NCBI GenBank assembly: GCA_041483895.1
Contig: JBGPGO010000004.1
Span: forward strand, 128,001-192,000
Direction of reading: 5' to 3'
Source of the DNA: Fimbriimonadia bacterium
GTDB lineage: Bacteria > Armatimonadota > Fimbriimonadia > Fimbriimonadales > JABRVX01
DNA length: 64,000 nucleotides
Positions 30,640 through 40,632 of the stretch are shown one piece after another. Numbering within the stretch: the first letter of the stretch is position 1; every line of letters begins with the position of its first letter. The position numbers were made by a program, and so were the translations under genes. The notes below the pieces were generated by a model. It did no database searches and was not told the origin of the DNA. It worked only from the letters and a program-made list of their open reading frames with translations.

Positions 30640-30667
30640 GCTATCGATAACGTCCATTATCGATAGG
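30640..30667 (-). repeat. Putative tyrosine-recombinase site 4 (11-6-11)
   Basis: Minus strand CCTATCGATAA TGGACG TTATCGATAGC. Confidence 0.8.
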
Positions 30668-30694
30668 ACCGGGCCGCGCATCCGGTTCTAGCGT

Positions 30695-33600
30695 CTACTC
30701 TTGCGGCGTGTACGTCGAGATGAAGTTCGTGTCCGTCAGCCACTTGCGGAATGCCGGGTTATCCGAGAATTGCTTGAACAGTTCAGCGTGGTCCGACAGA
30801 AGCTGGACGATAACTCGCTCCAATGCCTTATCGTGCTCGATGCGAGCATTTTGTCTATCGGAGTTCTGGATGGCGTTCTGGTACGCGGTATCGGCCGCAA
30901 CTCGGGCGGGGATTTCGACCGTAATGACCTCCTTGATCTTATCCTCGTCCTTCCAATCGATGTTGCCGAACTGCTCATTGAAGACCCGCAGAATATTGCT
31001 CAGCTGATCGATCTCAGGCTCTGGCATGCGTCCGCCGCCGGAAGTTGGCAACGGTTCGATCTCCGCATCTGTGTCGGCCAAGGCTATGGACATCGCTGAC
31101 CGGACTTCGACGCGGTAGCTGTCCATGTCGATGGATTCGAGGATTCCCTTGGAAAGGTCTTCCTCCATTGGGGCCGGCAGCTTCGGGATCAGGAAATTCA
31201 GGAAGATCGACAGCTTCTCCCATTCGGCGAAGCTATACGGCAGGATCGACGCCAAGAAACCGTACGTCCGAACAAATGCCTTTGCCTTGCCTTTGAAATC
31301 CACTTGGCCGTCTTCATCAAGCGATCCAATGTAAACGGCGACACAGGCGTCGAGGATTGGATCAAGGTGGTCGCGGTCAGCACCCGAGAGATACCGTTCG
31401 ACAATAACATCGACCTCATTCGGGCCATACACTTGGTACCCGTCTAGATCCGCCTTCAAATCGTGAAGTCTATTCGGGTCCGTCTCCCTGCTCAGAATAG
31501 TCGTGCGGTAGTACGGTTCGAACGCCTGCTGAATCGTGTCTGAGTCGTTTACGAAGTCCAGCACAAACGTATCGTGCTTCTTCGGGTGGGCCCGGTTGAG
31601 CCGTGATAACGTCTGCACCGCCTTGATGCCAGACAGAGGACGGTCCACGTACATGGTGTGAAGAAGCGGCTCGTCGTACCCGGTCTGGAACTTGTCGGCG
31701 CAAATCAAAAACCGATACGGATCCTCTTGAATCTTTTCGGCGATCTTCCCACTCGGAAACCCGTTGAGCGTCGATTCGGTCACTTTCTGGCCGCCGTCCT
31801 CATGTTCGCCGGAGAATGCGACAATGGCTTTGAACGGACTCTTCCGTTCCCTCAAGTACTCACTGAACGCGTGGTAATAGTCGATTGCCCGCGCGATAAC
31901 ACCAGTTATCACCATCGCGCGTGCCTGGCCGCCGACCTTCTGCTTGGCAAATACCTGGTCGTGAAAGTGATCCACCATGATCTCAGTCTTCTGCCGAATG
32001 GCATGCTCATGCGACTCCACGTATCGCCGCAGCTTCTTCTTAGCCTTTTTTGTGTCGAACTCTGGGTCATCCTCGACGGTCTTGATCAGGTTGTAGTAGC
32101 TCTGGACCGGTGTATAGTGCTCCAGCACGTCGAGGATAAAGCCCTCCTGAATGGCTTGCTTCATCGTGTAACTATGGAAGGGTCGATGCTTGACGCCGCC
32201 GCCCTCCTCATAAGGTTCACCAAAAACCTCAAGCGTCTTGTTCTTTGGCGTCGCGGTAAAGGCGAAGTAGCTGGCATTCGGAAGCATCTTTTTCGCTTCC
32301 ATGATCCGATTGATCTGATCCTCAATGTCTTCGTCGTCTTCTTCGCCGCCCACCTCGCTAAGGGCGATGTTCATCTTCGCGGCGGCGCGGCCGCCCTGGC
32401 TGGAATGCGCTTCGTCGATCAGTACCGCAAACGATCGGTCTCTGTGTTCATTGCCGATATCGTCAAGGATGAAGGGAAACTTCTGGACAGTTGTGGCAAT
32501 GATCTTCTTGCCGTCCGCAATAAACTTCTTAAGATCGCCGGAGTGCTCTGCGTGGCCGAACACGGATCCGACTTGGGCGAATTGCTTGATCGTGTCGCGC
32601 AATTGTCTATCCAGCAATACGCGGTCAGTCACCACAATAACCGAATCGAAAATCGGCTTCGAGTCCTGCTCCAGCCCAACAAGCTGGTGGGCGAGCCATG
32701 CGATGGAGTTGGATTTCCCGCTTCCGGCGGAGTGCTGTATCAGGTACCGCTTCCCGGCACCGCGAGAGCCAGCATCGGCGAGAAGCTTCCTCACGACGTC
32801 GAGTTGGTGGTACCGGGGGAAGATGAGACTTTCCCGCTTGCGATGCGTCTTGTCAGCAGGGATCTCCACAAGCTGCGCGTAATTCTCTAGGATGTCGGTG
32901 AGGCCGTCTTTTGTAAGGACTTCCTTCCACAAGTAATCGGTCTTGATTCCGTCCGGATTAGGCGGGTTGCCGGCCCCATCATTCCAGCCTTTGTTGAATG
33001 GCAAGAACCAGGAAGCCTTTCCTTGCAGATGGGTGCAGAACCGAACCTCCGTGTCGTCCACGGCAAAATGTGCGAGACTGCGGCCGAATTGGAATAGCAA
33101 TTCGCGCGGATCCCGGTCGCGCTTGTATTGCTGGACGGCGTCCTCGACCGTCTGCTTGGTCAGGCTGTTCTTGAGCTCGAACGTAGCTATGGGAAGACCA
33201 TTGATGAAGAGGACCAAGTCCAGCGCGAGTTGGGTCTCGTCCCTGCTGTATTGCAGCTGCCGCGTGACGCTAAAGAGATTGGCCGCCCATAGCCTTTGCG
33301 CCTTTGCATTTCCGGGTGAAGGAGTGCCGTAGAGGAGCTGTACCCTTGCGGGCCCGTGGGAAACGCCCTTCCGGAGCACATCGACGATTCCGCGCTTGGC
33401 GATTTCGCCCTGAAGACGGTTCAGGAACTGGTTGCGGCTTGGTCCATCGGTAACAAGGCCAAGCTGTTCAAACGCTTTCGGCTGCGTCTTGCGTAGGAAA
33501 TCAAGGAGATGCCGAAGATCGATTGAGTGGTCGCGGTCGTAGTCCTGGGGGCTTCCGAGAAGATAGCCCGCTCCGGCGTAGCCGATTGGCGTCTCAGCGA

Positions 33601-33697
33601 CTCCTTGCACGGTCTCGCGAATCTGCTCATCGGTAAGCCCAGTGAGCGACCGGACGATGAGTAGCTCCAAACCCTTTTCACTGGTATCAGTGCTCAA
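30695..33697 (-). CDS. hsdR: Type I restriction enzyme R subunit
   Basis: DLVLFING...ELK, QYK, HSAGSGKS, DEAH, FTATP and QTLSRLNR motifs. Confidence 0.95.
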   Translation of the reverse strand: MSTDTSEKGLELLIVRSLTGLTDEQIRETVQGVAETPIGYAGAGYLLGSPQDYDRDHSIDLRHLLDFLRKTQPKAFEQLGLVTDGPSRNQFLNRLQGEIAKRGIVDVLRKGVSHGPARVQLLYGTPSPGNAKAQRLWAANLFSVTRQLQYSRDETQLALDLVLFINGLPIATFELKNSLTKQTVEDAVQQYKRDRDPRELLFQFGRSLAHFAVDDTEVRFCTHLQGKASWFLPFNKGWNDGAGNPPNPDGIKTDYLWKEVLTKDGLTDILENYAQLVEIPADKTHRKRESLIFPRYHQLDVVRKLLADAGSRGAGKRYLIQHSAGSGKSNSIAWLAHQLVGLEQDSKPIFDSVIVVTDRVLLDRQLRDTIKQFAQVGSVFGHAEHSGDLKKFIADGKKIIATTVQKFPFILDDIGNEHRDRSFAVLIDEAHSSQGGRAAAKMNIALSEVGGEEDDEDIEDQINRIMEAKKMLPNASYFAFTATPKNKTLEVFGEPYEEGGGVKHRPFHSYTMKQAIQEGFILDVLEHYTPVQSYYNLIKTVEDDPEFDTKKAKKKLRRYVESHEHAIRQKTEIMVDHFHDQVFAKQKVGGQARAMVITGVIARAIDYYHAFSEYLRERKSPFKAIVAFSGEHEDGGQKVTESTLNGFPSGKIAEKIQEDPYRFLICADKFQTGYDEPLLHTMYVDRPLSGIKAVQTLSRLNRAHPKKHDTFVLDFVNDSDTIQQAFEPYYRTTILSRETDPNRLHDLKADLDGYQVYGPNEVDVIVERYLSGADRDHLDPILDACVAVYIGSLDEDGQVDFKGKAKAFVRTYGFLASILPYSFAEWEKLSIFLNFLIPKLPAPMEEDLSKGILESIDMDSYRVEVRSAMSIALADTDAEIEPLPTSGGGRMPEPEIDQLSNILRVFNEQFGNIDWKDEDKIKEVITVEIPARVAADTAYQNAIQNSDRQNARIEHDKALERVIVQLLSDHAELFKQFSDNPAFRKWLTDTNFISTYTPQE

Positions 33698-34685
33698 CAG
33701 ACTCCTCGGCGGCGGCTTGCTCCTTGATCAGTTCCTCGGCTTCTTGTATTGCCTTTCCCAGAAACGGTCGGACCGCTTTGTCAAGACGAATCATCGCATC
33801 AACCATTTGGTTGATGAAGGCGGGCCACGTAGCTTCATCATCCAGATCCACCTGGGCATCAAGTCGTTTGCAAACGCGGCAGGCTCTTCCGTTCGAAAGT
33901 TCCTCCCAATTCAGGGGCCCGCCGAATTCCGCTTCAATAACCGACCTGTTCGTTTCTAGCGAGTGAAAAACCGCTTCGTTAAATGCCTTGCCCATCTTTT
34001 CATCATCAATGTAGAGTTCGACACGGCCCTTTCCGTACGCGAGGACATAACCTAAGCCGAAAGCGGTGGGCATATCGGCCGCAGTACTAACCCAGTTACT
34101 TGTGCCCGGCGATATGTTTCTGTGGAGCGACGTCTTCGACTTAGCGGAATCAAGCAATGCCTGCCAGAATCGAAAATAGCGATTGCTCATTGTCGCTTGA
34201 TCACCCCTGACCCGCCTGGCCTCCGAGACAGCTTCGCTCGGCCCAGTGATAAGCGTGAACAGTGGTGCAGGGGCAGATTCGCCGATCCGGATCGCCTCCA
34301 ACTTAAGCAGATAGAACGACGCGCTCCCTGCTTCATTGAGCCACTGAATAGCTTTCAGGTGCTCAGCACGAGGTTCGGAGACAATCCAAACCGCTCGCTT
34401 CGCTCCCACCATCGCGACATACGTGATGACCTTGCCGAGGTGATCATGATTGCTCCGCTCAAGTTGGTTTTCGATCACCACGAGGTTACCACTTCCATCT
34501 TGGGCAACTAGGTCGACACAAAAGTCACCTACAGTTTGTTCACGCTCGATGACCGCGAGGTTAAGCCCCAGAACATCACCAAGAAGGTCAAGGTTCCCTT
34601 CGAGCCATCGTGTGAAATCGAGGGCTTCATGTTTCCATGCGTCTCTAAGGTGCAGTCGTTCTATTCGGCCAATCCCGGTACTCAT
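33687..34685 (-). CDS. DUF4268-domain protein with an N-terminal PD-(D/E)XK-like region
   Basis: WKHEALDFTRWL, VDLVA...IENQL, HDHLGK and LNWEEL motifs. Confidence 0.75.
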   Translation of the reverse strand: MSTGIGRIERLHLRDAWKHEALDFTRWLEGNLDLLGDVLGLNLAVIEREQTVGDFCVDLVAQDGSGNLVVIENQLERSNHDHLGKVITYVAMVGAKRAVWIVSEPRAEHLKAIQWLNEAGSASFYLLKLEAIRIGESAPAPLFTLITGPSEAVSEARRVRGDQATMSNRYFRFWQALLDSAKSKTSLHRNISPGTSNWVSTAADMPTAFGLGYVLAYGKGRVELYIDDEKMGKAFNEAVFHSLETNRSVIEAEFGGPLNWEELSNGRACRVCKRLDAQVDLDDEATWPAFINQMVDAMIRLDKAVRPFLGKAIQEAEELIKEQAAAEESVEH

Positions 34686-36148
34686 TGCGCCGCTCCCGCA
34701 ATCTGCTCCTCGGGGTCCGCGACGAACTCTTCGATATCCAGTTCTTCGGGCTCTTCGATGAGGAGCTCTTCGACATCCGGGAGGTCGAGATGCCGAACGT
34801 CGACCTGGCCAGTCACCACGTCGCTGATTAGGCGGCTACGGTACTCGCGGATCAGGTCTATTTCGGAATTGGCTTTGGAGATGGCGAGGTTGATGCCCTG
34901 AGATGCGAAATCAATGTACTTCACCAAGTCATCTTGCTCAACACGTCCGGGAAACGCAAATCTGTACTTGCGCAGCTTCTCGCTTGTCAAATGGGCGATA
35001 GTGTTCTCGCTGCCATCTGCTTTGAACACCCCCTTTTGAGCAACATAAAACAATTGGTACATCAAAAAGCGAGGATTGTCGGCGTGCGGACACCGTGGGC
35101 GAAGGCGATGGAGCGCCTTCTGATATCCGACCACAGAATCACATTCAGCCCACATTGCCGACCGCCCGACTTCACCGCCCTCACAAACCAAGAGGTCTCC
35201 CGCCCGTACCGTGTACCGCTCATACTCCTCCGTTCGAATGTCCATTTGAGGTAGCTGTGCCGTCCGAATATTGTCCCACTGCACATCCGTGTTTCTGAGA
35301 TAGGGAATCAGATAATTACCGGTGATGCGCTTTCCGTCGAGCATCTTTCCCAACTCGACGGAATAGCGCAATCGCAGAGCCATCACCGTCCATTGCGCCG
35401 GGATGTCGGATAGCCATTCAATGCCAGAGGGTTTGAGGGTGACGGTGGGGTCGAGGCCTCGGGTAACGGCGCGGTGGATGATGGCCTGCTTCTGCTCGTT
35501 CAGCAGCTCAATCATCTTCCGCTTCGCTCGAATGAGCTGGTTCACCAGTTGGTCGAGGTGGCGAATGAAGCGAACGATTGCTGTTCGGTCTCCGACCGGC
35601 GGGACCAGGATGGGCATCTCGAGGAACGCTTCGTCCGTAAGTTGGAGCCGAGACACCCAAATGCCCTTAGAGCGAACTGTAAACTCCCAGTCGTATGCCC
35701 TCGACCTTAGCAATTGATGGAAGTACTCGAAGTCCTCCGCAATTTCGGGGCGCAGGCGGTACACACCATAAGCCGAACTGATTATTCCGTGATATCTCGA
35801 AAACCCGAACCCAGTTGCCCAGGCCCACAAGCTATTAATGACCAGATCTCCGGGCCAGCAAAGCTTGTGGCCCACGTAGCTCGACGCCATGAACATCGTC
35901 ACGGCCTTTTCGTTGCGTCTCCGAACTCCATCAGCGGCAGACACCGTCAGCAATTCCTCGTCACCGGTGGTTGACCGTACGTCTATCGGGCCGAACAGAT
36001 ACTTTGCCCGAATCACTTCCCAAGCGTCCGGGATTCGGTCAAGCCAAGGCAGGCCCGCATTACGATATGCTGGGTACGGGCGGAGACCGATAGGCGGCGG
36101 CTTTTTTGCTACTTTGCTAACCAATTTCACTTCAAGACCGCATCCCAA
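34682..36148 (-). CDS. hsdS: Type I R-M specificity subunit (start uncertain)
   Basis: Two TRDs separated by LLNEQKQAIIHRAVTRGLD...KPSGIEWL; ends with LISDVVTGQVDVR. Confidence 0.92.
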   Translation of the reverse strand: MGCGLEVKLVSKVAKKPPPIGLRPYPAYRNAGLPWLDRIPDAWEVIRAKYLFGPIDVRSTTGDEELLTVSAADGVRRRNEKAVTMFMASSYVGHKLCWPGDLVINSLWAWATGFGFSRYHGIISSAYGVYRLRPEIAEDFEYFHQLLRSRAYDWEFTVRSKGIWVSRLQLTDEAFLEMPILVPPVGDRTAIVRFIRHLDQLVNQLIRAKRKMIELLNEQKQAIIHRAVTRGLDPTVTLKPSGIEWLSDIPAQWTVMALRLRYSVELGKMLDGKRITGNYLIPYLRNTDVQWDNIRTAQLPQMDIRTEEYERYTVRAGDLLVCEGGEVGRSAMWAECDSVVGYQKALHRLRPRCPHADNPRFLMYQLFYVAQKGVFKADGSENTIAHLTSEKLRKYRFAFPGRVEQDDLVKYIDFASQGINLAISKANSEIDLIREYRSRLISDVVTGQVDVRHLDLPDVEELLIEEPEELDIEEFVADPEEQIAGAAQ

Positions 36149-36357
36149 TTTCGTATGTTACCCTACGTTTCAATTTCAATTCTTTCTGTCTCTAGGGACA
36201 AGCTTAAATAAAACTCACGTTCAAACAGGCTCCATTTGCTAGCGATATTGGCAGGTATCCGAAGTTGCGCTTAAATAGACCTTTCAACCCCAATATGGAA
36301 GGTAGCGAACATATTCGCTGGAGGCACTCCAACGAACAGTCTGTTCGATAGTGAAAA

Positions 36358-38334
36358 TCAACGATCCACCTCAACGAGTACTTGATCGAGGAGCCCCTCG
36401 GTCTCTGTTTCAAGCGCCTCGATGTCGCGGCGAATCTCTTCGAGCGTCCGCATCGGCTTCGGCTTGTAGAAGTAGCGCGTGAAGCTGATTTCGTATCCGA
36501 TCTGGGTCTTGTCCGAATCAATCCACGCGTCGGGAACGTACGGCAGAACTTCCTTTCGGATGAATGCCTCGATTCCGCCGTCTTCCAAGAGCGCCACGTT
36601 CTCGGTGTCGCGAAGGTCGGTGTCTGATTCATATTCGACGACGCACGCCTTCCCCTCGATGGTCGCCTCGAAGAGTCCGTGCATCGGGTCGGGCTCCGCC
36701 TTGCCCGGTTTGTGAATCTTCCGAATGACGGGTGGCGCGTTTTCGTCCCGCTTGCGGCTCTCTTTCAGCTCCTTGATTTCCTTCGGCGTGTATGCTCGAT
36801 TCGCATCGATACCGACGAGCCGCAGCGGCCGCTCGACGACGACCTTCCAAAATCCAAAGGCTTCATTCGGGAATATCTTCGACTGCTCAGTCTCCTCAAA
36901 CGCCAGAAACGTCTCGACAATCCGCTGAATATCCCCGCCCACAAGTTCGCAGTTTTTCTTGCCGAGGTTTTTGCGAAGCGGCTTGTACCACTGGGTCGCA
37001 TCGATTAGCTGCACATTGCCCTTTCGATGCTCCGCCTTCCGGTTGGTGAGCACCCAGATGTATGTCGCGATGCCGGTGTTGTAGAACATGTTGAGCGGCA
37101 GTGCGATGATGGCTTCCAGCCAATCGCTCTCCAATATCCAGCGCCGAATGTTGCTCTCGCCCTGCCCGGCATCACCGGTAAAGAGCGATGAACCGTTGTG
37201 CACCTCGGCGATGCGGCTGCCTAGCGGAGTGTTGTGCTTCATCTTGCTCAGCATGTTGACCAAGAACAAGAGCTGGCCATCGCTGCTTCTTGTAATCAAA
37301 TTGAAGTCGGGGATTCCCTGATGTTGGATGATGAAGCGCGGGTCTTTCATTTCCCCCTTGCCGCCCATTTTTTCCAGATCGTTCTTCCAACTCTTTCCAT
37401 ACGGCGGATTCGAAAGCATGAAGTCGAATTCGCGGCTGGGGAAGGCGTCGCTGGAGAGAGTGGAGCCGTAGATGAAATTCTCAGCCTCCTCCCCTTCGCC
37501 TTTTAGGAGAAGGTCGGCCTTGCTGATGGCGAACGTCTCAGGTTGGACCTCCTGGCCGAAGAGGTGAATGGAGACCTCTTTGCCATGTTCGACTGCAAGT
37601 TCCCGGAGCCGCTCTTCCGCGACGGTTAGCATTCCGCCTGTACCACAAGCGCCGTCGTAGACAAGATAGGTCCCCGACTCCACCTTGTCGGCGATCGGTA
37701 TGAGGATGAGGTCCGCCATCAGCTTGACGACATCACGCGGAGTGAAGTGCTCCCCGGCTTCTTCATTGTTCTCTTCGTTGAATCGGCGGATCAGCTCTTC
37801 AAAGATCGTCCCCATCGCGTGGTTATCGAGCGCCGGCAATCGCTCGGAACCATCTGCATTCATGACCGGTTGCGGTGACAGATTGATTGAGTGGTCGAGG
37901 AACTTTTCGATAAGCCCACCGAGAATGTCGGCTTCGATCAGTGTTTGCATCTGGTTCTTGAACTTGAACTTATCCAAGATCTCTTGAACGTTCGGCGAGA
38001 ACCCATTGAGGTACGCAAGGAAGTCGGATTCGAGTTGTTGGCTTTTCGTGCGGGCCTTGAGGTCACGAAGCGTGAACGGCGACGTGTTATAGAACGCTTG
38101 GCCCGCCGCTTGTCGGAGCGCCGCATCTTGGTTGGCGATCCCAGCCGCATCCAGGTTCTTCTTCATGTCGAGAACCGCCCGCTTGGTCGGCTCCAGGACC
38201 GCATCCAGCCGGCGAATGACGACCATTGGCAGAATGACGTCGCGATACTTCCCGCGCACATACACGTCCCGCAGTACGTCGTCCGCGATTCCCCAGATGA
38301 AGTTCGTGATCCAACCTAGCGTCTGCGTGCTCAT
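36358..38334 (-). CDS. hsdM: Type I R-M methyltransferase subunit
   Basis: GEHFTPR, DGACGTGGML, NPPYG and FYNTGI motifs. Confidence 0.95.
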   Translation of the reverse strand: MSTQTLGWITNFIWGIADDVLRDVYVRGKYRDVILPMVVIRRLDAVLEPTKRAVLDMKKNLDAAGIANQDAALRQAAGQAFYNTSPFTLRDLKARTKSQQLESDFLAYLNGFSPNVQEILDKFKFKNQMQTLIEADILGGLIEKFLDHSINLSPQPVMNADGSERLPALDNHAMGTIFEELIRRFNEENNEEAGEHFTPRDVVKLMADLILIPIADKVESGTYLVYDGACGTGGMLTVAEERLRELAVEHGKEVSIHLFGQEVQPETFAISKADLLLKGEGEEAENFIYGSTLSSDAFPSREFDFMLSNPPYGKSWKNDLEKMGGKGEMKDPRFIIQHQGIPDFNLITRSSDGQLLFLVNMLSKMKHNTPLGSRIAEVHNGSSLFTGDAGQGESNIRRWILESDWLEAIIALPLNMFYNTGIATYIWVLTNRKAEHRKGNVQLIDATQWYKPLRKNLGKKNCELVGGDIQRIVETFLAFEETEQSKIFPNEAFGFWKVVVERPLRLVGIDANRAYTPKEIKELKESRKRDENAPPVIRKIHKPGKAEPDPMHGLFEATIEGKACVVEYESDTDLRDTENVALLEDGGIEAFIRKEVLPYVPDAWIDSDKTQIGYEISFTRYFYKPKPMRTLEEIRRDIEALETETEGLLDQVLVEVDR

Positions 38335-38574
38335 AGTCCAGTGGTCAACTCCCCTAATCAAAATAGCATGTTACCGAGAATTCGTTGTGCGCTCGGTTAC
38401 TCCTGCTCCAGCTACTGTTCTTGGCCGGATATCCGGTAACTGGGCGGATCGCTACTTGAGAACGATAATCGAACCGTCGCTGCTGACGAAGATTGCAGTG
38501 ATCCCGATCCGCTCTTTGGCAAGCTTCGGTAGCCGATCCCAGAGGCCCCGAAATTGCCGCATATCGGGGAGGGC

Positions 38575-40481
38575 AATACTGTAACGGGTGGCAAGTGCTC
38601 TTGCGGAAATCCAGACTGCCTCAGTCCAGGTAAGCATCCGCTGGGAGCCTTGGTACCCAATGGACTCAAGGACGCCACCAACATCCCGCAACCATAAGGG
38701 ATTGGTGGACCAAGTTTCCTAACGCGAACGTCGCCGTACGAGCTGGCCCAGAGTCCGGGTTCTTTGCAATAGACATCGATCCACATAGCGGCGGTGACGC
38801 GACTCTGGAACGCCTTGAATTGGAACACGGGAGGCTTCCCCAGACGGTCGAGGCGATTACCGGCGGCGGCGGAAGACATCTGTTGTTCCGTTACGCGAAC
38901 GGAGCGACCATCAAATCTCAGGTTGGAAAACTCGGACCTGGCATCGACGTGCGCGGGATCGGTGGGTACATCGTCGTCGAGCCGAGCCTGCACACGAGCG
39001 GTAAGAACTACATCTGGGAAGTGAGCAGCGATCCGTTTGATAACCCGTTAGCTGTGGCCCCAGACTGGCTCCTCGACCTTCTTACACCCAACACGCAGAC
39101 ACAGGGCGCCTCGAAAGAAGTGGGCGACAGGATCCCGGTTGGGATTCGTAACATGGTGCTTACCAGCCTCGCGGGGACGATGCGCCGAAGAGGCATGACC
39201 GAGCCAGAGATATTAGCGGCTCTGCTCGAAGTCAATAAGGGTCGATGCGATCCGCCTCTTGACGAGTCAGAGGTTCGAAAGGTCGCGCGGAGTATCAGCA
39301 GTAAGCCTTCGAATACCCCGATCGGCGGGACCGGCGCATTTGGGCCAGATGATAGCTGCGCTTTGGCATCAGATGGTGAACCCGGTTCGAGCGGAGAGCC
39401 GCCCAGGATCTGGACGATTGACGAGCTGCTGGACGCAGACTTCCCGCCAGTTGAGTGGATCGCCGACGGTATGCTCCCAAAGGGCGGCCTGATCCTGTTG
39501 CACGGCGCTGCGGAAAGCGGTAAATCAATCGTCGCGACAGATCTGGCGATTGCCGTGGCTGCCGGACGCAAATGGCTTGAGACTGTTGACGTCCTTCAGG
39601 GGGCTGTATTCTACTGGGATGAAGAGAATGGCGCCCAGCGCAGCACAAATCGCCTCGTGCGCATGGGAGCAACACGCGGACAGCCCATCCACTACATCGG
39701 TATGGCCGGCTTACTCCTGACGAAACCAAGCGATGTAAAGTACGTTCTCGATGCTTGCATCTCGCGGTCCGTCAAGCTTCCCATCATCGACACGATGATT
39801 GCTGCACATGAGCTAGCGGAAAAAGACGCGACCGAGATCAGGAAGCTCAGGGCAATCTTTCGGCCGTTTCTAGCTGCGGGCATCACCGTCCTCGGGATCA
39901 TCCACGACCGCAAGGACGGCCACTTCACGAATGTTCGCCTTCATGAGATCGCCGGCAGCCGTGAATTCGGGGCGATGGCAGATGCCGCCTGGCAGATGAA
40001 ACGGACCGACGCAAAGAGCGACGAATTTCGGTTGGAGTGTTCAAAGTTGCGAGACGGCCCGAGGGGCGAAACGAAGATTTACAGAGTCGAATTCATCGGA
40101 GCGCCTGATGAGCCACTCCGTGTAACTGCGGCAGTCGATGCCGGTGTGGCCCAAGTCAAGAGGGCTCAGATGCGCTCGAGGGTCCTTGATGCGCTCATGA
40201 GGGCATGGTATCAGGACGACTGCTGGCTGACGAAGAAGGAGCTGGAGCTTGAGATCGACGGCGATCACCACACCGTGAAATCCGGCCTGGACATCCTCCT
40301 CAAGGAGACGATGATGGTCAAAGACGCGGAAGAACAGAAGCCGGTGCCGATTGTCCTCACTAGGAAGCGCGTGAAGGAGGAAGGCCAGACCGGCAAGAGC
40401 GCAATGGAGTATCGGCTTCGCGACGATTATGTTGCCCGCGCCGAAACTGGTGACATGCCCGATGAGGATGGCGGAGAATAA
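38575..40481 (+). pseudogene. Prim-Pol/PriCT-1/AAA helicase, frameshifted and 5'-truncated
   Basis: GKCSCGNPDCLSPGKHP...GLKDATN ends in TAA. The adjacent frame continues TIRDWWTKFPNANV...DID into ORF 38820..40481 (TGGGGRH, GIDVRG, GIRN, Walker A GAAESGKS). No start or N-terminal helix is seen. Confidence 0.8.
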
Positions 40482-40632
40482 TGGGGGGCTTCCTATATAC
40501 TCCCCCACCATTATTAGAAGGCGCTTCGATTGCTGGCGAGTCGCTGGCAAGACTTGACTTCCACGGCCCTTCATGCTCTCATGTTGATGCGCCGCCCCGG
40601 AGGGCGGCAAGGCAAGAGGAAAGGAGCTTACA

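Noticed and set aside
22749..30667. Classical integron (IntI/attC)
   Set aside because: I see no IntI-specific insertion and no RYYYAAC...GTTRRRY attC sites. The modules are multi-gene operons bounded by compact 28-bp palindromes.
31658..32890. 410-aa plus-strand ORF
   Set aside because: It is antisense to hsdR and has no recognisable motifs.
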